This document shows positions 34,254 to 44,554 of a stretch of 44,554 bases of DNA, in pieces. Within the stretch, counting starts at the first letter, position 1. Every line of letters starts with the position of its first letter. The notes beneath the pieces are model-generated. The model searched no databases. It saw only the letters and a program-made list of their open reading frames with translations, and had not been told where the DNA came from. A program made the translations under genes and the position numbers. The stretch covers positions 1 to 44,554 of the forward strand of contig JAJAYQ010000051.1 of assembly GCA_026786145.1 (NCBI GenBank). The letters are read 5' to 3'. The stretch is from Spirochaetaceae bacterium. GTDB taxonomy: Bacteria > Actinomycetota > Actinomycetes > JACCUZ01.

Positions 34254-35750
34254 GTGACCGACAAGATCATCGACGAACTGGGCGACCTGAGCGAGCTCAC
34301 CGAGGGCCCGGACCTCGCCGACGCCTGGGCGCGGACCCTCACGGAGCTCCAGGACACGCTCACGCCCCAGCAGCGGGCCTTCATCGGTCTCAGCCGGCTG
34401 GACGGCATCGTGGGCGAGACGGCGCTGCTCTCCGTGCCGCACCAGTTCGCCAAGGACGTCATCGAGCAGCGCCTCCGTGAGGTCATCACCTCGGTCCTGA
34501 CCGAGCAGATCGGTCGTGAGGTCAGGGTCGCCGTCGTCGTGGACCCCAGCCTCGACGGTGCCGACGGTGCCGACGGTGTCGCCGGTTCCGGCCACCTGCA
34601 GGACGTACGGCTGGAGCACGGCACGCAGCCCGCCGCGGACGAGCCGGAGCCGCAGACCCCGTCCGAGAGCCTCGGCACCGGCCGGGAGCCCGGCGCCCGA
34701 CGAGAGGCGGAGCCCACCCGCCTGAACCCGCGCTACCTCTTCGAGACGTTCGTCATCGGGTCGAGCAACCGGTTCGCCCATGCAGCTGCGGTGGCCGTCG
34801 CGGAGGCGCCGGCGAAGGCCTACAACCCGCTCTTCATCTACGGCGACTCCGGCTTGGGCAAGACCCACCTGCTGCACGCCATCGGCCACTACGGCATGAG
34901 CCTCTACTCCGGCGTGCGGGTGCGCTACGTGAGCTCCGAGGAGTTCACCAACGACTTCATCAACTCCATCCGCGACGGTCGCGGCGAGGGCTTCCGTCGG
35001 CGCTACCGCGACGTCGACATCCTGCTCGTCGACGACATCCAGTTCCTGGAGAACAAGGAGCAGACGCAGGAGGAGTTCTTCCACACGTTCAACACCCTGC
35101 ACAACGCGAACAAGCAGATCGTGATCTCCAGCGACCGCCCTCCCCAACAACTGGTCACCCTGGAGGACCGCCTGCGCAACAGGTTCCACTGGGGCCTGAT
35201 CACCGACGTCCAGCCGCCGGAGCTCGAGACGCGCATCGCCATCCTGCGCAAGAAGGCCGCTCAGGACAGGCTGGCCGCCCCGCCCGAGGTGCTGGAGTTC
35301 ATCGCGAGCAAGATCTCGACGAACATCCGCGAGCTCGAGGGTGCGCTGATCCGGGTCACCGCGTTCGCCAGCCTCAACCGCCAGGGTGTCGACCTCGCGC
35401 TCGCCGAGATCGTCCTCAAGGACCTCATCCCCGACAACAGCCAGCCCGAGATCACCTCGGCCACGATCATGGCCCAGACCTCGGCGTACTTCGGCCAGTC
35501 GATGGAGGAGCTCTGTGGCTCCTCGCGGTCCCGGGTCCTCGTCAACGCCCGGCAGATCGCCATGTACCTCTGCCGCGAGCTCACCGACCTCTCCCTGCCC
35601 AAGATCGGCCAGCAGTTCGGCGGCCGGGACCACACCACGGTGATGCACGCGGACAAGAAGATCCGCCAGCTGATGGCGGAGCGCCGCAGCGTCTACAACC
35701 AGGTCACCGAGCTCACCAACCGCATCAAGTCCCAGGCACGGGCCGGTTGA
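34254..35750 (+). CDS. dnaA: chromosomal replication initiator protein DnaA
   Basis: Present are the AAA+ Walker A ([21 protein letters not shown]), Walker B (LLVDDIQFL), sensor motifs, and the domain IV DnaA signature (IA.Y..R.LT..S...[15 protein letters not shown]). GTG 34254 lies 7 nt after GAGAGGGA. The track start 34176 lies on DnaA boxes. Confidence 0.93.
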   Translation: MTDKIIDELGDLSELTEGPDLADAWARTLTELQDTLTPQQRAFIGLSRLDGIVGETALLSVPHQFAKDVIEQRLREVITSVLTEQIGREVRVAVVVDPSLDGADGADGVAGSGHLQDVRLEHGTQPAADEPEPQTPSESLGTGREPGARREAEPTRLNPRYLFETFVIGSSNRFAHAAAVAVAEAPAKAYNPLFIYGDSGLGKTHLLHAIGHYGMSLYSGVRVRYVSSEEFTNDFINSIRDGRGEGFRRRYRDVDILLVDDIQFLENKEQTQEEFFHTFNTLHNANKQIVISSDRPPQQLVTLEDRLRNRFHWGLITDVQPPELETRIAILRKKAAQDRLAAPPEVLEFIASKISTNIRELEGALIRVTAFASLNRQGVDLALAEIVLKDLIPDNSQPEITSATIMAQTSAYFGQSMEELCGSSRSRVLVNARQIAMYLCRELTDLSLPKIGQQFGGRDHTTVMHADKKIRQLMAERRSVYNQVTELTNRIKSQARAG

Positions 35751-36123
35751 CTCCCGGGATCGGCCCAGTGCGCCTCGGTTCACACCGTGGGGACAACGCT
35801 GTGGACAGCACCCGCGTCAGCGGGGGACGACGTGTGGACAGCCACCGTGACGACCCGCGAGTGGAGGCACCGTCCACAGGGTCGCCCCGTTCCCGCTCGG
35901 GCCGTTCACCCTTCTGTCCCCAGGCCCGACTAGCCTCTGGCCTGCACAGACGTCGGTCGTCCCCAGGATGCACCACCCCTGATATGACTCCTACACCTAG
36001 GAATGGAGTTGGATCGACCGAGCACACCGGAGACCCGGCGACCTGTGGACCGGATGGAGCCGTGGGGCACCCGGTTCGATGGTTCATGGGATCGATAGGC
36101 CAGACACGAGGAGGCGGTTACCG
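35751..36123. other. chromosomal replication origin oriC (dnaA-dnaN intergenic DnaA-box cluster)
   Basis: At least 7 DnaA-box-like 9-mers are present: 35788-35796 (rc TTGTCCCCA), 35800-35808 and 35833-35841 (rc CTGTCCACA), 35870-35878 (CCGTCCACA), 35914-35922 (CTGTCCCCA), 35957-35965 (TCGTCCCCA) and 36044-36052 (rc CGGTCCACA). A comparatively AT-rich stretch lies at 35978-36016. Confidence 0.8.
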
Positions 36124-37278
36124 GTGAAGTTCCGGGTGGAGCGTGACGTCCTCGCGGACGCGGTGGCCTGGGCGGCCCGGAGCCTGCCGGCGCGGCCACC
36201 GGTCCCGGTGCTCGCCGGACTCATGATCGACGCCAGCGGGAAGTCCGGTGGCAGCCTCGTCCTCTCGAGCTTCGACTACGAGGTGTCGGCACGGGTCGAG
36301 ACGGCCGCTGATATCAGCGAACCCGGCGTGGCCCTGGTCAGCGGCCGGCTGCTGGCCGACATCGCCCGCAGCCTGCCGGCGCGGCCGGTCGAGATCGCCA
36401 CCGACGGCGCCAAGGTCGTGGTGACGTGCGGCTCGTCGCGATTCACGCTGCTCACCCTTCCCGTCGAGGACTACCCCACGCTGCCGGAGATGCCCGGTGC
36501 GTCGGGGTCGTTGCGGGGCGACGCCTTCGCGGCCGCCGTGGCCCAGGTCGCCGTGGCGGCCGGTCGCGACGACACGCTGCCCGTGCTCACCGGCGTCCGG
36601 CTCGAGATCGAGGCCGAGAAGATCACCATGGCCGCCACCGACCGCTATCGCCTCGCGGTGCGTGACCTGGCCTGGACGCCCGAGCAGGCCGGCCTGTCGG
36701 CCATCGCCCTGGTGCCCGCTCGCACGCTGTCCGACACGGCGAAAGCGCTGGCCTCGGCGGACAAGGTCACGGTGGCGCTGGCTTCGGGCACGACGGGCAT
36801 CGGCGGCACCGGCGAGGGTCTGGTGGGGTTCGAGGGCGCCGGCCGCCGCACGACCTCACGGTTGCTCGACGGCGAGTTCCCCAAGTACCGCTCGCTGCTG
36901 CCGGCGGAGTCGGCCAGTGTCGCGACAGTCGAGACCGCGGGCCTGGTCGAGTCGGTGCGCCGGGTGGCGCTGGTTGCCGAGCGCAACACCCCGATCCGCC
37001 TCAGCTTCTCGGGGGGCGAGGTCACCCTCGAGGCGGGCACCGGCGACGAGGCCCAGGCATCCGAGTCCCTGGACTCGACGCTGACCGGTGACGACATCTC
37101 GATCGCGTTCAACCCGACGTACCTCCTCGACGGGCTCGGCGCGCTCGACACGGCGTACGCCGAGCTGCGCTTCACCGCCTCGACCCGCCCGGCCGTTCTC
37201 GCCGGCAAGGACGCCGCGGACGCGAAGGCAGGCGACGACTACCGCTACCTGCTGATGCCGGTGCGGTTGTCCGGCTGA
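36124..37278 (+). CDS. dnaN: DNA polymerase III beta sliding clamp
   Basis: The product starts VKFRVERDVLADAVAWAARSLP.RP..PVL.G and contains TLP.EDYP.LP, ATDRYRLA, DG.FP.YR.L.P and LLMPVRL. GTG 36124 follows GAGGAGG. Confidence 0.93.
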   Translation: MKFRVERDVLADAVAWAARSLPARPPVPVLAGLMIDASGKSGGSLVLSSFDYEVSARVETAADISEPGVALVSGRLLADIARSLPARPVEIATDGAKVVVTCGSSRFTLLTLPVEDYPTLPEMPGASGSLRGDAFAAAVAQVAVAAGRDDTLPVLTGVRLEIEAEKITMAATDRYRLAVRDLAWTPEQAGLSAIALVPARTLSDTAKALASADKVTVALASGTTGIGGTGEGLVGFEGAGRRTTSRLLDGEFPKYRSLLPAESASVATVETAGLVESVRRVALVAERNTPIRLSFSGGEVTLEAGTGDEAQASESLDSTLTGDDISIAFNPTYLLDGLGALDTAYAELRFTASTRPAVLAGKDAADAKAGDDYRYLLMPVRLSG

Positions 37279-37295
37279 ACGGAGAGGCGACAGGC

Positions 37296-38198
37296 ATGGA
37301 GATCGGTCTCGTAGGGCTGGGCCGCATGGGCGGCAACATGAGGGAGCGGCTGCGCCGCGGCGGCCACACCGTGATCGGCTACGACCGCAACCAGGAGATC
37401 AGCGACTCGACCTCGCTCGAGGACATGGTGGGCCGGCTTCCCTCGCCGCGCGTGGTGTGGGTCATGGTCCCCTCCGGTGACATCACGAGGGACACGATCG
37501 CCGCGCTCGGCGAGCTGCTCGGGAAGGGTGACGTCGTCATCGACGGCGGAAACTCCCGCTGGACCGACGACAAGGTGCATGCCGCCCAGCTCGGCGAGAC
37601 GGGGATCGGTTTCGTCGACGCCGGCGTCTCCGGTGGTGTCTGGGGGCTCGACAACGGCTACGCGCTGATGGTCGGCGGCGACAAGGAGCACGTCGCCGTC
37701 GTGCAGCCGGTGTTCGACGCTCTCAAGCCCGAGGGCGAGTCAGGCTTCGTCCATGCGGGCCCGGTCGGCGCCGGGCACTTCGCCAAGATGGTGCACAACG
37801 GCATCGAGTACGGCCTGATGCAGGCCTACGCGGAGGGCTTCGAGCTGCTCGAGGCGGCCCAGGTCGTCGAGGACGTCCCGGGGGTCATCAAGTCCTGGAC
37901 GCAGGGGACGGTGATCCGGTCCTGGTTGCTCGACCTGCTGGTGCTCGCCCTCGAGGCCGACCCGAAGCTGGAGCAGATCCAGGGCTATGTCGAGGACTCC
38001 GGCGAGGGGCGCTGGACGATCGAGGAGGCGATCAACAACGCGGTGCCGGCGCCGGTGATGACCGCAGCCCTGTACGCGCGGTTCGCCTCCCGACAGGACG
38101 ACTCACCGGCCATGAAGGCCGTGGCGGCGCTGCGCAACCAGTTCGGCGGGCACGCGGTGACCAAGGTGGCGCGCCAAGAGGTCGAGGAGCCGGCCTGA
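37296..38198 (+). CDS. gnd: 6-phosphogluconate dehydrogenase (decarboxylating), short Gnd-like form
   Basis: MEIGLVGLGRMGGNM (Rossmann fold), DGGNS, GVSGGVWG...GY.LM.GG and GAGHF.KMVHNGIEYG.MQAYAEG are present. The gene occupies the usual dnaN-recF slot of actinomycetes. Confidence 0.88.
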   Translation: MEIGLVGLGRMGGNMRERLRRGGHTVIGYDRNQEISDSTSLEDMVGRLPSPRVVWVMVPSGDITRDTIAALGELLGKGDVVIDGGNSRWTDDKVHAAQLGETGIGFVDAGVSGGVWGLDNGYALMVGGDKEHVAVVQPVFDALKPEGESGFVHAGPVGAGHFAKMVHNGIEYGLMQAYAEGFELLEAAQVVEDVPGVIKSWTQGTVIRSWLLDLLVLALEADPKLEQIQGYVEDSGEGRWTIEEAINNAVPAPVMTAALYARFASRQDDSPAMKAVAALRNQFGGHAVTKVARQEVEEPA

Positions 38199-38222
38199 CG
38201 TGCGGGACCACGTGCACGTCCT

Positions 38223-39380
38223 ATGCGCCTGAGCCACCTGTCGCTGCGCGACTTCCGGTCCTACGCCGAGGTGGAGCTGCCGCTGTCTGCGGGCGTCACC
38301 GCCCTGGTCGGTCCCAACGGACAGGGCAAGACCAACCTCGTGGAGGCGGTGGGCTACCTCGCGACCCTGGGCTCGCACCGGGTCGCGCAGGATGCCCCGC
38401 TGGTGCGCCTCGGTGCCGAACGCGCCGTCGTGCGCGGCCAGGTCGTGCGGGACGACCGCTCGCTGCTCGTCGAGGTCGAGATCACTCCGGGCAAGGCCAA
38501 CCGCGCGCGAGTGAACCGCTCCCCCGTCCCGCGGGCCCGGGAGGTCCTCGGCATCCTGCGAACGGTGCTCTTCGCCCCCGAGGACCTCGCAATGGTCAAG
38601 GGGGACCCCTCCGAGCGGCGCCGGTTCCTCGACGACCTGCTCGTCTCGCGGGCGCCCCGCTACGCCGGGGTCCGCGCCGACTACGACCGGGCGCTGCGCC
38701 AGCGCAACGCCCTGCTCAAGAGCGCCGGCGGCGGTCGTCGGGCGGGGCTTGTCGACATGGGCACCCTCGACGTGTGGGACACCCATCTCGCCGCGGCCGG
38801 CGCGGAGCTGCTGGCCGGACGCATCGACCTGGTCGAGGTGATGCGGCCGCTCGTCGACAAGGCCTACGCCTCGATCGCCACCAGCACCTCTGCCGAGCAC
38901 TCGGTCGCCGGACCGGCGGTCATCACCTACCGCTCGTCGCTCGGGGAGGACGTCCCGCTGGTCGCCGACCGTGACCTGCTCTCCGCGGCGATGCTCAACC
39001 GGCTCTCCGCCATGCGCAAGGCCGAGCTCGAGCGGGGCGTCTCCCTCGTGGGTCCGCACCGCGACGACCTGGTCCTCGGGCTGGGACCCTTGCCGGCCAA
39101 GGGTTATGCGAGCCACGGTGAGTCATGGTCCTTCGCGCTGGCGCTGCGCCTGGCGTCCTACGACCTGCTGCGCACCGAGTCCGACGGCGGAGGTGAGCCG
39201 GTGCTGGTCCTCGACGACGTGTTCGCCGAGCTCGACGACTCCCGCCGCGAGCGCCTGGCCACTCTGGTCGGCGGTGCCGAGCAGGTTCTCGTCACCGCGG
39301 CGGTCCCTGGCGACGTCCCGGAGGCGCTCGCCGGGGCCAGGGTGGACGTGATGGGTGCCGAGGTGCGCCGTGTCCGGTGA
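38223..39380 (+). CDS. recF: DNA replication/repair protein RecF
   Basis: LSLRDFRSY, the Walker A ([13 protein letters not shown]), the signature GPHRDDL and Walker B ([14 protein letters not shown]) are present. Confidence 0.93.
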   Translation: MRLSHLSLRDFRSYAEVELPLSAGVTALVGPNGQGKTNLVEAVGYLATLGSHRVAQDAPLVRLGAERAVVRGQVVRDDRSLLVEVEITPGKANRARVNRSPVPRAREVLGILRTVLFAPEDLAMVKGDPSERRRFLDDLLVSRAPRYAGVRADYDRALRQRNALLKSAGGGRRAGLVDMGTLDVWDTHLAAAGAELLAGRIDLVEVMRPLVDKAYASIATSTSAEHSVAGPAVITYRSSLGEDVPLVADRDLLSAAMLNRLSAMRKAELERGVSLVGPHRDDLVLGLGPLPAKGYASHGESWSFALALRLASYDLLRTESDGGGEPVLVLDDVFAELDDSRRERLATLVGGAEQVLVTAAVPGDVPEALAGARVDVMGAEVRRVR

Positions 39381-39398
39381 GCGACAGGTGACCGGCTG

Positions 39399-39971
39399 AT
39401 GGCCGACGACGACGCGCCACGCAGGTCGGGGCTGGAGGTCGCCCGCCAGGCCCTTGCTGCCGCCCGCGTGGAGGCGCGCCGGCTGGGCCACCTGCCCGGC
39501 AGTTCCGGCGGAGGCTCGCCACGCGCCGGCGTCCTCGGGTCGGCCGGCGCGGCCGGCGAACGGGCCCGGCGGTGGCGGATCACCCCCGAGCAGCGCAGCG
39601 GCGCGCACCCTGATGATCGGGACCCCCAGCTGCTCGGTCCGACCCTGGACCGGCTGGTGGCCGAGCGGGGGTGGCAGACCGACGCCGCGGTCGGGGGTGT
39701 CATGGGGCGGTGGGACTCGATCGTGGGTCCCGAGGTGGCCGCACACGCCACCCCGGTCTCCTACGACGACGGTGAGCTGGTGGTGCAGGCCGACTCGACC
39801 GCGTGGGCCACCCAGATCCGGCTGCTCGCCCCTGCCCTGCTGGCCCGGCTGGCCGACGAACTGGGCTCGGGAACCGTGTCGTCGGTGACCGTGCGCGGGC
39901 CGTCGGGACCCTCCTGGAAGAAGGGCCGGCTCAGCGTGCGGGGCCGCGGGCCGCGCGACACGTACGGCTGA
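39399..39971 (+). CDS. dciA: DUF721/DciA-family protein (Mtb Rv0004 position)
   Basis: W..IVGPEVAAH..PVSYDDGELVV.ADS.AWATQ.R.L...LL.RL....G...V..V.V.GP is the DUF721 core. The gene lies in the conserved recF-gyrB slot. Confidence 0.75.
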   Translation: MADDDAPRRSGLEVARQALAAARVEARRLGHLPGSSGGGSPRAGVLGSAGAAGERARRWRITPEQRSGAHPDDRDPQLLGPTLDRLVAERGWQTDAAVGGVMGRWDSIVGPEVAAHATPVSYDDGELVVQADSTAWATQIRLLAPALLARLADELGSGTVSSVTVRGPSGPSWKKGRLSVRGRGPRDTYG

Positions 39972-40169
39972 ATTGCCCCCCAGGGGCGTGGGGGGACCCA
40001 TCCCCACCCGCAATCGGGGCGCTGCGTCGTCCCCAGGCCCCGCTGGTGGCCGTTTCTGCACCCGCTGACCGGTAGGATGAGACGGTCAGCACCTCCTGGG
40101 TGCGACCGTCGACCACCTGGGCCTCCTTCCTGCCGGTCGACCCCCGCTGCACGCGACGAAAGGTGCTCC

Positions 40170-42230
<2,061 letters not shown>

Positions 42231-42284
42231 TGGTGACCACGTGGCCCGTCCCGACCGACGTACATCGTTGAGGAGAACTCTTCC

Positions 42285-44554
<2,270 letters not shown>

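Noticed and set aside
40002-40016. The 15-mer ccccacccgcaatcg is shared with 6401-6415, adjacent to the left inverted-repeat arm, hinting at a third copy of the repeat upstream of gyrB.
   Set aside because: The match does not extend beyond 15-16 nt. At this base composition and window size, several exact 15-mers are expected by chance on my rough estimate. A genome-wide search with the full 45-bp arm would settle it.

Overview
Very GC-rich actinobacterial chromosome segment spanning the replication origin. Gene order follows the conserved actinomycete origin-proximal backbone. On the minus strand it starts with rplI-rpsR-ssb-rpsF. Then come endonuclease IV, a MarR/YceI divergent pair, a FemX-like plus alanine-racemase-like pair, a GT87 membrane protein plus a class A PBP, PadR-ino1, an MFS transporter, cca, Nudix-DUF6049-murJ, a MviN-type pseudokinase, an ECF sigma with a ZAS anti-sigma, trxB-trxA, cwlM and a GNAT-like gene. 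Next is parB-parA-rsmG-jag-yidC-yidD-rnpA-rpmH (minus), then dnaA-oriC-dnaN-gnd-recF-dciA-gyrB-gyrA (plus). Two real genes are absent from the supplied ORF track and were read directly from the DNA: rpmH (45 codons) and gyrA (open at the window end). Most long ORFs in the track are antisense or N-terminally over-extended shadows typical of high-GC DNA. Real starts were re-picked from conserved N-termini, SD motifs and 4-nt overlaps. The non-backbone or unusual items are listed below. (1) A 419-codon LAGLIDADG intein sits in gyrA directly after the catalytic Tyr. (2) An AbiEi-wHTH/PD-(D/E)xK-like gene is bracketed by a 45-bp inverted repeat that also supplies the C-terminal tails and stop codons of both convergent neighbours. 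(3) MurJ is separated from its MviN-type pseudokinase/extracellular module by a small membrane ORF, and tandem coding repeats replace the kinase P-loop. (4) A perfect 89-bp tandem duplication includes the ino1 stop codon. (5) Two related long-stem intergenic hairpins are present. (6) Origin machinery signals are visible: three consensus parS sites, DnaA-box clusters, and a GGAAT-N18-GTT promoter ahead of trxB. I could not identify a clearly novel multi-gene system. The IR-bracketed cassette and the intein are the best candidates for follow-up. No tRNA, rRNA or CRISPR was recognised.
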